From assembly GCF_006345805.1 (NCBI RefSeq), contig NC_043000.1:17546001-17610000 (forward strand): DNA of 64,000 nt. Direction: 5' to 3'. Both the position numbers and the translations under genes were made by a program. Positions 1 through 12,894 of this stretch are shown piece by piece. The number at the start of each line of letters is the position of its first letter. Position 1 is the first letter of the stretch. The notes under the pieces are model-generated. The model worked only from the letters and a program-made list of their open reading frames with translations. It searched no databases and was not told the origin of the DNA. The stretch comes from Octopus sinensis. Lineage: Eukaryota.

Positions 1-265
1 TCATCATCGTTTAGCATCCGTTTTCCATGCTAGCATGGGTTGGACGGTTCAACTAGAGTCTGTGAAGCCGGAAGGCTGCATCAGGCCCAGTCAGATCTGG
101 CAGTGTTTCTACGGCTGGATGCCCTTCCTAACGCCTACCACTCCGTGAGTGTAGTGGGTACTTTTTATGTGCCACCTGCACAGGTGCCAGACGGGGCTGG
201 CAAACGGCCACGAACGGATGGTGCTTTTACGTGCCACTGGCACGGGGGCCAGGTGAGGCTGGCAA
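1..265 (-). mobile_element. RTE-type LINE 3' end / 3'UTR fragment (family A)
   Basis: Reverse complement of the recurrent tail ...GGAAGGGCATCCAGC...CCAACCCATGCTAGCATGGAAAACGGACGTTAAACGATGATGA. At 34490-35478 the same tail is attached to RTE ORF2 coding sequence. Confidence 0.8.
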
Positions 266-841
266 GAGATGATTATGGATAATAGAAAGAGATGATTATG
301 GATAATAGAAAGAAAGTTTACAAAGTATTAGAAGAGGTGAAACTTTGGTACATATTGCATACAAAGAGTATGACACCGAATTCTCTTTAAAAGATAAGTT
401 TGCAGCTAAAACTAACTTAAAAACCCAGGTTTAATATAAATTTGGAAATTAAAACCCATAAACCCATCATTTCTCCAAAAAACCCAGATTTGGGTGGAAA
501 AACCAATCAGTGGCATCCCTGTTCATAGTATATATAAATTAGTAAAATGTAAAATATGTATTTATACATAAAAATAGGGGTGGGGGTACTGAGGGTATTA
601 CTTGCCATGAGGTGGGGCAGTGGCTCAAAAAGTTTGAGAACCTCTGATCTATGATCATCCCAACATGCAGATCAATGAATAAAATAAATACATTTTAAAA
701 AACTTGAGGAAGCCCATTAGAACCATTACTACCAAGAAATAGAATTAATGTTCGTAGAACTCAACTATACCTGAATTGCTCTTATTGGATACTACACTAC
801 ATAGTCATCAAAATAATTAAGAAATTAAACAAAGAAATAAC

Positions 842-1235
842 AGGCATAGCTGTGTGGTAAAGAAGCCGGCTTTGCAACCATGTGGTTTCAGGTTCAGTCC
901 TACTTTGTGGAACCTTGGGCAAGTGCTTTCTACTGTAGCCATGTGTTGACCAATGACTTGTGAGTGAGTTTGGCTGATGGTAACTGTGTGGAATCCCATT
1001 GTATATGTATGTATGTATGTATGTGTGTATGTCTTTATGTTTGTCTTCTCCACTGCTTGACAACTAGTGTTGGTTTGTTTATATCCCCATGACTTAGTAG
1101 TTCAGCAAACGAGAACAAATGATAAAGTACCAGACTTAAAAATAAGTGCTGGAGTTGATTTGTTTGACTAACACTTCAAGGCAGTGCTCCAGCATGGCAG
1201 CAGTCCAATAACTGAAACAAGTAAAAGAAACATAG
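842..1235 (+). mobile_element. tRNA-derived SINE family B, diverged copy
   Basis: Head with A/B-box-like GGCTGTGTGGTAA...GGTTCAGTCC, core ACCTTGGGCAAGTG, internal (GT/AT) microsatellite, tail GGTGCTCCAGCATGGC...GACTGAAACAAGTAAAAG. Confidence 0.8.
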
Positions 1236-1772
1236 AAAAAAAAGAGAACATAGAAAAACAAGCAGTAAAATTGCAAACATTTGAACAGTTGTATTCAAAG
1301 GAATAATTATAATACTATAAAAAGTCATTAGCATCATGAATAACTCTAAAACTGGCCACATCACATGTCCCAATAGCAATCTCTAGTAACATACTTACAC
1401 TTTAATAGGAAGCAACTGTGTTTTCAAAAGCTGGAAACTGAGAAAATTGTTCAAAGTTATTAAAAAAAAAAAAATCCAGGAAAAACCCAAGAGAGATAGC
1501 ATTACACAAACTCATCAGCCACTTGCATAACACTCTCAAAGATTTTGTAAAGACCTGGCTTCATATCACTAAATCACACTTTCCTCTCTCTCTCCGAATA
1601 ACAACACAGAATCACACACCTATGCTCAACTGCACTACTCACAAACTTTTTACACACATGCATGCACGCACACACACATGCACACACACACACACACACA
1701 CATGCACAACTTCAATAACAACTACAAAGGCAACACACATTCTATGAACCTTTTTTTCTCTTTTATCTACTA

Positions 1773-2290
1773 CTAGCAGCATAGCCCGGCATTGCCTGGG
1801 TATGTAAGAGCCCCTGGAGCAGACATGATGCTCGCTGTGAATTTAAAAAAAAAATTCCTGCCAATTTGTGAAAGATATTGTCGAAAATATGTCATCTTGA
1901 ATTTGAACACGATTTCCCAAAATGGCATGATTTTATCAATTTTTTCCTGATGGTAAGGTATTGCATGGAAAACTAATGTCAGAATTAAGTTTCTTAGGGT
2001 AACATTAAGCTTCACCATGAGTTTGGTGAAAATCGATTGCAAGTTGCTAAAACTATAACAGAAAATGTGTTGCAAATAAAAAGCTTAGATTCTCGACCCC
2101 ATGTCGAATTTATCGATTTTTGTCAGAACTGGGGGAACTTTTCAAAATTTTCGCTGCGTTAGTTTTGAATTATGACATTGGGCTATGTGTGTCTCAAGTT
2201 TCATCAGAATCGGTTGAAAGCCGTGGTCAGGGTCAGGGTACAACCTGACAGACACACAGACAGACAAACTTCCGTTTATATACAGAGAGA
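1773..2290 (-). mobile_element. Non-autonomous Helitron-like element
   Basis: Minus strand starts TCTCTCTGTATATAAAC and ends with the GC hairpin CCCAGGCAATGCCGGG followed by CTAG. Same architecture as 28351-28742. Confidence 0.6.
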
Positions 2291-2294
2291 TAAG

Positions 2295-2470
2295 CACAAG
2301 GTCTGAAATTTGGGGGAGAGCACCAGTCAATTACATTGACTTCAGTGCTCAGCTGGTGTTTGTTTTATCAACCCTGAACGGATGAAAAGCAAAATTGACC
2401 TCAGCAGAATTTGAACTTAGAATGTAAAACCAGAAGAAACGCCATTAAACATTTTGTCCAACAGTTCTAG
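2295..2470 (-). mobile_element. tRNA-derived SINE family C, diverged
   Basis: Matches the reverse complement of the intact family C copy at 62613-62842. Confidence 0.7.
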
Positions 2471-2607
2471 CAGTTCACCACTTTCACCTCTCTAGGTACC
2501 ACTGACATCAACATAGCTTTGACTTCATCCTCCATTACCCACATGGACATAAAATCCTTAACAGCCAAGATAATATGATAGCTAGCAAAGTGCCTCATGC
2601 TGAGGAA

Positions 2608-2990
2608 CTTATATAGTACTGGCACTATAACCTGGCAATGCCGGGTCATAGTGCTAGTGCATGCATATACAGCTGCGTGCATGCACACATACACGCGAGT
2701 ACTGTCCAAATCTCCGACCAATCACATACAGCTAACTGGCATTCAATTGGCGTATCAAGCTTTGGACATTTTGATTGGGTTTTGGATAGAAAATTCACAA
2801 AAAGTCACTTCTATTGATTTTTTAATGGCTTTGCGGGGTGACTGGGGAAATGTAAAGATGTGTATGACCACCCTTGGACGGTTTTGAATGACCATAGAAA
2901 GTGCGAGCCCTCTAACTGAAAAACTGTGGATTTGTATAAAGGATACATACACACACACACATAGACATTTTGCCGTTTATATATATATAG
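2608..2990 (-). mobile_element. Helitron-like non-autonomous fragment
   Basis: CCTGGCAATGCCGGG hairpin at one end and CCGTTTATATATATAGAGAT terminus at the other, resembling 1773-2290. Confidence 0.4.
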
Positions 2991-3500
2991 AGATTATAGA
3001 ACAATAAAATGTCTAGAATCTGTGACTTCTCAAATCCATTATCATGGTTTCAGATTCAGTCCCACTGAGAGGCATCTTAGGCAAACATTTTCTTTTATAG
3101 CTCCAGGCTAACCAATGATTTGTAAATAAATTTGGTAGATAAAAACTGCATAGAAGCCTGTTTTATATGATTCTGTGTGTGTGTGTGTGTGTGTGTGTAT
3201 ACATGCACGTGTGCATGTTTGCAATTGTCTCTCATCACTCGACAATCAGTGTTGATTTGTCTGTGTCCCCTGTTGCTTAGTAGTTCAGCAACAAAGAGCC
3301 TGATAGAATAACTACCAGACTTAAAACGTACTGCAAATGAGTCAATTGACTTAACCCTTCAAGGCAGTGTCCCAACATGACTGCAGTCCAATGACTAAAA
3401 CAAGTAAAAGGGTTGAAAGACTAAAAGAAAACACTTAACTCCATTACAGTTGCTCTACACTTTACTGAATTACACACCTTTAATTTACACTGCACTAAAC

Positions 3501-3920
3501 GGATCTTTTCGGTTTGAACAGCAGTTTTTTCTAGCGGTGTCATATGAAATTGTCACCCATAATTATGACCCTAGTATCAATCTATTGCATTTCAATCTGT
3601 TTTAGGGTTAGGGTTAGGGGTGGGGTGAAGGGTATATTTTTTTTCTTCAGAAATGTAAATAAACCCAATCTGTTTCTTAAATGAGGGACATATTCATACG
3701 GCACAATGTTTTTTTTACCTCAACAGATGTCAGTGATTGGTTGAAATTGCAGAAATTGAAGAAAAAAACAACAACAAATATCTTACAGACTATAGAATTT
3801 TCTTAATAAAGCCAAGAGAAAAAGATATTTTATAAACACAGTCTACCAGTATACGAAGTTTAAAATTTTTTAGTTACCTAGAAATTATGTTAAAAACTGC
3901 CGTTCAAACCGAAAAGATCC
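3501..3920. mobile_element. MITE with ~28-bp TIRs and 8-bp TSD
   Basis: TIR GGATCTTTTCGGTTTGAACAGCAGTTTT / AAAACTGCCGTTCAAACCGAAAAGATCC, flanked by the exact direct repeat CACTAAAC at 3493-3500 and 3921-3928. Confidence 0.9.
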
Positions 3921-4609
3921 CACTAAACTATACTACTTCATACAACATAACATTTCACTATATCAAACTACCCTGCAGTACTATATTACACTACAGTATG
4001 CTAGCCTACACTGCTCTACAATATACAACAGTCTAGCCACTACACTGTATTTCAGTACAATAAGCAATACTACTTTCATTAAGTTATACTGATTTACAAT
4101 ACATTGCATTACACTCTATACATATAATTCCTTCTGGTCACTAACAGCACAGCCTGCTTACTGTTCCTTTTTAATAACACACATTCCAAAGCAGATGATA
4201 CTATGCTTCACTGATTAACAATCCTCACATAGGTATCATCCACACACAACCTAAACTCTTAATAACATCAGATATACACATGGCTCCCATGAACAAGGCA
4301 ATGAGAACATTTGTTAATGATGTGGCTACATATTCTCTTTCAGTGACACAAAAATACAATCACTCTACATATCAAGTAAAGTTACTTGTATTTCAATCTT
4401 CCTAGTTATGAGCAAATGCACAAATAAAATCTTCAAGGTCTGAATCAGGCAAGAAAATAGTTCAGGCCTGATCAGCTGTAAAGCTGACCTGATATAAATC
4501 CGGTGAGATCCACATTTAAGTACTGCTTACATCTACAACAGAGTGCTTCTGCTATATATGCAAACATTGTGAACTTCATCTAAATATTGTAAAACACATC
4601 CAATGAACA

Positions 4610-5065
4610 CAAGTGTGGATGTGTGGTAAGAAGATTGGTCCCCAATCATATGGTCTCAGGTTCAGTCCCACTGCATGGTACATTGGGCGAGTGTTTTCTT
4701 CAGTAATCTCAGGTCAACCAAAACCTTGTTGGTGGATTTGATAGATGGAAACTGAAAGAAGACCATCATATGTATATATACGTATATATGTGTGCGTGTG
4801 TATTTATGTGTGCATGTGTATGTGCATGTGCATTTGTATGTGTTATTATTGTTTTCTTGCCTTGACTTTATGTGATAGTCGTAAATGAATATCACCTTCA
4901 TGTCCTTTGTTTGCAATCTTCTGTAAAGCATGTCTGGACATGGGGCATATTACCTTATTTGCAAATATGAGGGTCGGTGACAGGAAGAGCATTTGGCTAT
5001 TGAAAACACACCTTGACAAATTTCATCTGACCCATACAAATATGGAAAAGGGGGCATTAAACAAT
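4610..5065 (+). mobile_element. SINE with family B head/core and RTE-like 3' tail (composite)
   Basis: B-type head followed by ...GACAGGAAGAGCATTTGGC...GACCCATACAAATATGGAAAAGGGGGCATTAAAC, similar to the RTE tail. Confidence 0.6.
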
Positions 5066-5807
5066 AATAATAAAGAATGGTCCACACAGAGAGACAAATA
5101 TTCAATCACCAACCCATTATATTTCCAGTTATGGAAATGGAGTGATGTACAGGAGGGTGATGTTTCCAAACCTATCAGTGCAATGCTGAAAGAAAAACTT
5201 TAAATATCTAAGACCCCTCTTCACAACTTCAGCCCCATGGACCTTAGCATATCCCTTGTTCTTAAAACCCATTTCCATCACTGACAACCACCAGTTTACA
5301 GACATGTTGTTTCATTTTTTTCTCTCTGCTCCTAGTTTTCGAACTAGTTTTCGAACATCAGCCCCTAGTTTTTTAACTAGCTGGCTGCATAACCCACTTA
5401 ATTCAGGCCCATATGATACACCTGTGTCACCCTTTCATGTTACCTCTTCTGTATCTCCTCTATCAGATCCCACACTCAATCACTCATCAATTCTTCATTC
5501 CCAGAATTCCATTCCTACCCATGTTTTTCTGCAGACATTGACCTATAAATGTTCAGAATGAACAACAAGTTCATTAATTTTCCTCAGCTTAAGTATCCCA
5601 CAAAGGTCAGGGATGCTGCTCTCTTCCGCTGATTAACATTTTTTTAAAAAACTGTTTTGCATTTTCCAGTTTTTTTTTTCATTATTATCACTGAATGTTA
5701 TTTGGTTAAGCACATACTGTGAATATCCAATGGAAGAAAACACATGCATACATACACACAGATACACACATATATGTGCATGCAAAGGCACACACACACA
5801 CATACAT

Positions 5808-5852
<45 letters not shown>

Positions 5853-6465
5853 ATGATGCAAATGAACAAATAATACTGCTTGGGCTAGATATACAGAATA
5901 TACATACATACATACATACATACATACATACATACATACATACATACATACATACATACATACTTACATGCATACATACATGTATATAGAGAGAAATCAA
6001 AGACTGAAAATATTAAATATTCCATGTAAAAATATATAGATATTTACTTATTACCAAAGCAAACTTACACAGGGTATAAAGACACAGAAAATTTAGGGGA
6101 GACGGTATGGTGTTATAGGCCTTACAGCTGTTTCTGGGGACTCAAGATTACTTCTTAATGTTGGCAGATGTAGTTTGCAAAAAGTCCAGGATTTGTGGAA
6201 ACATCTAAGCATTAGGTAGATCCAGCTTCCATCTTCAGGATGGAGAGATAGATATTTAACATAATAGCCACTTTTTACCCTGCCGACTTAGTCCTCAGTA
6301 ATGATTTTGGAGGTGTAAGTTCAAATTATTTGAATGCTACTAAGTATTTTCTATACGAAGCATTTCTGGTCTTATATGTTAACTCTTTGTCTCTGTCTGT
6401 CTGTCTGTCTGCCTCCTGCTTGCCTGTCTGTCTGTCTGTCTCTCTCTTTATGTATATATATATTG

Positions 6466-6838
6466 CTAACCAACCTCATGGTTCCGGGTTCAGTCTCACT
6501 GCGTGGCATCTTGGGCAAGTGTCTTCTGCTATAGCCCCGGGCCGACCAATGCCTTGTGAGTGGATTTGGTAGACGGAAACTGAAAGAAGCCTGTCGTATA
6601 TATATATATATGTATGTGTGAGTTTATGTGTCTGTGTTTGTCCCCCTAGCATTGCTTGACAACCGATGCTGGTGTGTTTACGTCACCGTCACTTAGCGGT
6701 TTGGCAAAAAGAGACCGATAGAATAAGTACTGGGCTTACAAAGAATAAGTCCCGGGGTCGATTTGCTCGACTAAAGGCGGTGCTCCAGCATGGCCGCAGT
6801 TAAATGACTGAAACAAGTAAAAGAGTAAAAAGAGAGAG
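6466..6838 (+). mobile_element. SINE family B, 5'-truncated, young subfamily
   Basis: Near-identical to 7285-7712, with the diagnostic GGCATCTTGGG...GCCCCGGGCCGACCAATGCC. Confidence 0.9.
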
Positions 6839-7284
6839 TATACACACACACATACATATATACAAATGCATATAGACATACATAAATACAAACATGCATA
6901 CTCACACACCTACATTCATGTATATATACATATCTGTGAAAGTTTTTAAGACATTCTTGGGATTTCCATTTGAATTTTTGGAGATATATATACACGTGTA
7001 CAATTACATATATATATGGGGATACACATACACACATGCACATAAACACATGCACATATGCATAAATAGTAATGAAATACACGTAACTGTTAACTACAGT
7101 GACATGCTCACTCATAACATGAGAGCAAGTATGTCCTCACATACAAATCACTCATATTCACAAATTCCAGGAACTCTCTTGACTTTAGAAGAGCTTTATC
7201 ACTTTGTTAGTGACCTGCTTCAAATTTGAGAACTTAAGGAAACTTCAAAGAGAAATGTACATCTATTATTACATACATATACAC

Positions 7285-7456
7285 AGGCGCAGGAGTGGCT
7301 GTGTGGTAAGTAGCTTGCTAACCAACCACATGGTTCCGGGTTCAGTCCCACTGCGTGGCATCTTGGGCAAGTGTCTTCTGCTATAGCCCCGGGCCGACCA
7401 ATGCCTTGTGAGTGGATTTGGTAGACGGAAACTGAAAGAAGCCTGTCGTATATATG

Positions 7457-7493
<37 letters not shown>

Positions 7494-7712
7494 AGGGGGG
7501 GTTTGTGTGTCTGTATTTGTCCCCCTAGCATTGCTTGACAACCGATGCTGGTGTGTTTACGTCCCTGTCACTTAGCGGTTTGGCAAAAGAGACCGATAGA
7601 ATAAGTACTGGGCTTACAAAGAATAAGTCCCGGGGTCGATTTGCTCGACTAAAGGCGGTGCTCCAGCATGGCCACAGTCAAATGACTGAAACAAGTAAAA
7701 GAGTAAAAGAGA
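7285..7712 (+). mobile_element. SINE family B, full length
   Basis: GGCGCAGGAGTGGCTGTGTGGTAAGTAG head, internal (AT)(GT) tract, (GTAAAAGA)n tail. Confidence 0.92.
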
Positions 7713-8139
7713 GTATACCCACATACACCCATTTACCTAGATATAGAGGTCAGCTGTCCCACAGATGTGAACAAATAGGAAAGAGAATATTCATGGACAA
7801 CAGTTTCAAAACCTTTAGTTTCTCCATCTAGAATATAAATCCACAATCATATTCATAATTACAAATGCAATTATAAATATATTGTTATGTTAGTAGTCAC
7901 TTTCTTTTGCTTGAAAACCTTTGCTAAATCCATCCAGCAAATACAGTTTTTAACCAGAATAGTAAAATAATGCTAGCCTTTTCTAAAGTTCAAACTATAG
8001 CTATTTATTAATGTTGCTATTTAAATTCCATTAATGGAGATTCGTTCTTTGTTAGGAATTAGCTTCTTTATAAGAAGAATTCAAATTATAAAAAAATGTC
8101 TATATACATACATACATACATACATACATACACACATAT

Positions 8140-8211
<72 letters not shown>

Positions 8212-8629
8212 AATATTGTCATCTGTTGAAAGGATTGCCTAGCAACAAGTATGAAAAATATTTTTCCTGCTGAGTATATTCATACATTCCAATACAAGGA
8301 ATTATTGTTGCTATATTTTAATCAAAACTTGTACTAAATACAACAGGTCTGAATATAGTTATACTATTGTGAAGGTCACCCACCAGGCTGATCTTTAGAT
8401 TTTATTCAAAATTATTGGGAAACAGAAGAGTAAGTGATGAATACTTTGAAACTTTCATCTACCATCTACTTTTCCAAATGTGCATGGATCAGATGGAATT
8501 TGCTGAGGCAGATTTTCTATTCCCTGATACGCTGTTTATTGCCAACCTTTACTTGTGTCCAAGAAAGGTAATATTTCCCTTTGGGTGGACAACTGGACAT
8601 GTTTTCAAGGAAAATTGGAAATAAATAAC

Positions 8630-8895
8630 ACAACTCATTGCCAGTGCCGCTGGACTGGCTCCTGTGCAGGTGGCACATAAAAAGCACCATTTGAGTGTGG
8701 CCGTTGCCAGTACCACCAAACTGGCCCTCATGCTGGTGGCATGTAAAAGCACCTACTACACTCTCGGAGTGGTTGGCATTAGGAAGGGCATCCAGCTGTA
8801 GAAACTCTGCAAGATCAGATTGGAGTCTGGTTCGTCAGACCTCAGTCAAATCGTCCAACCCATGGCAAGCAGACGTTAAACGATGATGATGATGA
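8630..8895 (+). mobile_element. RTE LINE 3' end (family A)
   Basis: Conserved tail ending GTTAAACGATGATGATGATG. Confidence 0.8.
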
Positions 8896-9054
8896 ACTCA
8901 TATGACAGTAATACTTCTTTTACAACTGTCATGATACAATCATGGCCAAAAGTTTGGAACATAGGTGAAAATTAGAATTTTTATATTAAATACCCAAAGT
9001 TATATTCAGTATAGAACTGACCATTGGATCAGTTATTATCTCTATTCTTTTTTT

Positions 9055-9248
9055 TATTTTTTACTTGTTTCAGTCATTTGACTGTGGCCATGCTGGAGCA
9101 CCGCCTTTAGTTGAGCACATCAACCCCAGGACTTATTCTTTATAAGCTTAGTACTTATTCTATCGGTCTCTTTTGTCGAATCACTAAGTTACGGGGATGT
9201 AAACACACCAGCATTGGTTGTCAAGCGATGTTGGGGGGACAAACACAG

Positions 9249-9298
<50 letters not shown>

Positions 9299-9460
9299 TT
9301 GACAGGCTTCTTTCAGCTTCCGTCTACCAAATCCACTCACAAGGCTTTGGTTGGCTCGAGGCTATAGTAGAAGACACTTGCCCAAGGTGCCATGCAGTGG
9401 GACTGAACCCAGAACCATGTGGTTCATAAGCAAGCTACTTACCACACAGCCGCTCCTATG
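9055..9460 (-). mobile_element. SINE family B, full length
   Basis: Reverse complement of the family B consensus. Confidence 0.9.
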
Positions 9461-9857
9461 CCTATATATTTGAATTGAATTGTACTTGGGCATAGCTACT
9501 TTAATTTTTTTTTTAAATGTTCCTAACTTTTGACCATGACTGTATGTCAATGCAATGACATACGCACATGCACACATCTTTTCTCTTTTACTTGTTTAAG
9601 TCATTGGATTGCAGCCATGCTGGGGTAGTACCTTGAAAGGTTTAGTTGAGCAAATCAACTCTAGTACTTATTTTTAAGTCTGGTACTTATTATATCAAAC
9701 TCAATTGCTGAACTGCTTGATTATGGGGTTGTAAACAAACCAACACCAAGATAATTACAAAGACACGCACACACACATGTATTTAAATACGTGCTTTTAC
9801 ATACTGTCTGTCTGCCAGATTCACTCACAAGGCATTGATCAGTCTGTGGCTATGGTA

Positions 9858-10073
9858 CAAGGGGGTGCTGAAAAGATCCTGGCTTTAAGGGTATTGTGAA
9901 AGGCCAAGTTAAAGGCCCAACCTTCCAAATTCTTTTGCAGGGCTAAGAAAAACCGAAGGACCTCTGTGATAAGTGTGTGGATCTGAGAGGAGAATATGCT
10001 GAATAAAATCATAATTAACTGATCTTCCTGTATTTTCTTTTACCCAAAGCCAGGAACTTTTCAGACCCTCTTG
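9858..10073 (+). mobile_element. Mariner-derived MITE inserted at a TA inside a SINE B copy
   Basis: TIR CAAGGGGGTGCTGAAAAGATCCTGGCTTT / AAAGCCAGGAACTTTTCAGACCCTCTTG with TA duplicated (9856-57 and 10074-75). The interior retains the transposase C-terminus (..NLRGEYVE*-like). The SINE text GGCTATGGTA|GAAGACACTTGCCC is split by the insertion. Confidence 0.88.
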
Positions 10074-10289
10074 TAGAAGACACTTGCCCAAGGTGCCACA
10101 CAGTGGGACTGTACTAGAAACAATATGGTTGCAAAGTGAACTTCTTAACCGCATAATTGTGCCTGCATGTATTTCTACTCTTATCGTAAATTTGCACTTA
10201 GACAAAAAGACTATTGATGTACTTGGTTGTGTTAGAGCTTAAGTAATTCTTGAGACAAGCTGTTTATCTCAAGGTATAGGTGTTCTTTA

Positions 10290-11330
10290 ACACAATGGCT
10301 CTCAACCAGGGTCCATATGGCCCTTGAGGTTTCCTATAAGATTTTTTTGCTAAAACTATCTGCAATAAGTTGGTTATATTTCTACAATGCACAAAATAGT
10401 TTAACAAATTTTCTCTTATACAATTCCTTATAACACTCAGTTATAAAAATATGATATGATTTTCTAAAACCCTTTTGTTACCATGTTTCTGTAGAGATGT
10501 TCTGTTATCATCATCATCATTTAACGTCCACTTTCCATGCGAGCATGGGTTGGACGATTTGACTGAGGTCTAGTGAACCAGATGGTGGCACCAGACTCCA
10601 ATCTAATCTGGAAGAGTTTCTACAGCTAGATGCCCTTCCTAATGCCGACCACTCCGAGAGTGTAGTGAGTGCTTTAACGTACCACCGGCATGAGGGCTAG
10701 TCAGGCGGTACTGGCAACAGCCACACTCAAATGGTGCTTTTTATGTGCCAGCTGCTCAGGAGCCAGTACTGGCAACGACCTCGCTCGAATGTATTTTTCA
10801 CGTGCCACCAGCACAAGTGCTAGTAAGGCAACGCAAGAAACAATTACGCTTGAATGGTGTTTTTAACGTGCCATCAGCATGAAGGCCAGTTTGTTGCTCT
10901 GGCAATGATCTCACTCATATGGTACTCTTAGCGCTCCACTAGCACGGATGCCAGTCATCAAATTAGATTTCGATTTCGATTTCACTTGTCTCAACAGGTC
11001 TTTGCAAGCAGAGTTTAGTCTCCAATGAAGGAAATGAACGCATAAGTGGGCTGGCTACACTCCTGGCATAGGCCACAAGGTTCATAGGCCACAAAGTTGC
11101 ATCAATTAATTTTAAATATAACAAAGAATTTAGTAAGCTAGTGTTGGGAACATAAATTGTGACTAAGGTTTGGTGGAAGATTCTAATTCAAAACTTATGA
11201 AAACAGCCAGAGGCTATTTCAGGTGGGTTCGTATTGAAAAGGTTAAACATCAAATGGCTAGGATGGTCCACCTGAGTAAAATAGACATCAAAATAGTTCA
11301 TAGGTAAAAAAATGGTTGAGGAACCCTGAT
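10290..11330. mobile_element. hAT-like MITE interrupted by an RTE 3' fragment (about 10505-11090, minus strand)
   Basis: CAATGGCTCTCAACC start and AAAAAATGGTTGAGGAACCCTG end are typical hAT-like termini. An internal RTE 3'UTR with GC-rich subrepeats is present. Confidence 0.55.
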
Positions 11331-11648
11331 TTAACACTTATTCTACAAATTCACTCTGCAAGCCAAACAGTGAAAATGTGTATGATTTTTCTAAAATTAG
11401 CAAGTATCTCTTTACTTTTGTTATAAACTAAATTTCAGTGACAGTTTTATTTCCTAGGAATCAGTCCAATCTTTATCGGAAGAATTCAAAGAATTAAAAA
11501 ATAGAATAAATATACATAACTACATACATAAATACATACATATACATACATGCACGAATACGTACATACATACATACATACATATATACACATGCATGTG
11601 TACATACATGCTTACATATATTTATTTAAACACATATACACACACACT

Positions 11649-11720
<72 letters not shown>

Positions 11721-12020
11721 TATATATATACACACATACATAAATACACAGGCATGCATACTTATATAGACATACATACTTACAGACAGACATGCACATA
11801 CACTTACAGACATACATATAAATACACACATGCATGCACATAGTACGAGAGAGAAAGAGAAAAATACACATACACATTTATATATATCCACATACGAATA
11901 CATACATATACACATATATTCATGCATACATGCATGCACACACATATGCTCACATTGCTAAATATATACACACAAACAGATTGAGAAGCTATCAAGTAGT
12001 ACTTTTGTAAGCCATAAGAT

Positions 12021-12089
12021 AGATACCAGTCTGACTCCATGATATCATGTTCCTTTGGGACCTGATATTATGGAGTTAGACTGGTATCT
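12021..12089 (+). other. Isolated near-perfect hairpin (27-bp stem)
   Basis: 12021-12047 pairs with 12063-12089 with only two G.U wobbles. The loop can form 5 further pairs. Confidence 0.85.
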
Positions 12090-12490
12090 TTCCTACCAAA
12101 CAGAAGAAGCAAACTAGAGATTAGACAGTTTGAGGTCACTGATTTCCAGTTTTCTACATCGGTGACATGAAAAAATTCATTGATATTGCAACATAACCAC
12201 ACAGACACACACACACACACACACAGAGACACACACACACAGACACACACACGCACAAACAAACTTCCAAACACGCACACATACACACAAACTCACCTAT
12301 ATGTGTGTGTCAGTGCATGCGTGTGTGTATGTGTGTGCGTGTGTGTGTATGCATCAGTGTATGTACATGTGTATGTATGTATGCATACATATATGTGTGT
12401 ATATATGTATAATGTATGGTTCTGCGATGGAAAGTTCAGCCAAAATAAGGTACTCCTTTAAATAAATAATATATATATATACACACATGC

Positions 12491-12570
<80 letters not shown>

Positions 12571-12894
12571 GCACATGTGCACACACACACATACATATAG
12601 ACATATGTATAAATATATAAATATTTGTATATAAGTATATAAGCAGGTATAGGTAAGTGTTTATCTATATACATATAGATACAAGTTGATATATACACAT
12701 TGCACTCTACATATATACATGCGTACACACACATGTATGAATGTATGTATGTATGTATGTATGTATGTATGTATGTATGTATGTATGCATGCATGTGTGT
12801 ATATATATCTAAATGCATATAAAACCCTCTCTCTCTCTCTATAAATATATATATATATGTATAAAATATATACGTGTATACATACAATAGTAAG

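Noticed and set aside
270-310. Short tandem duplications (also at 18690-18800 and 57262-57325)
   Set aside because: Ordinary slippage duplications of 20-40 nt with no further structure.
3602-3620. TTAGGG repeats as an interstitial telomere
   Set aside because: There are only about 3 units and they lie inside a TIR/TSD-bounded MITE.
7285-7360. tRNA-like sequences at SINE heads (also at 16650-16723 and 62613-62700)
   Set aside because: They have A/B boxes but no complete cloverleaf, and they continue into SINE bodies, so they are not tRNA genes.
11458-11520. Strong acceptor followed by the coiled-coil-like peptide ESVQSLSEEFKELKNRI
   Set aside because: There is no plausible donor before the microsatellite, so it is unsupported as an exon.
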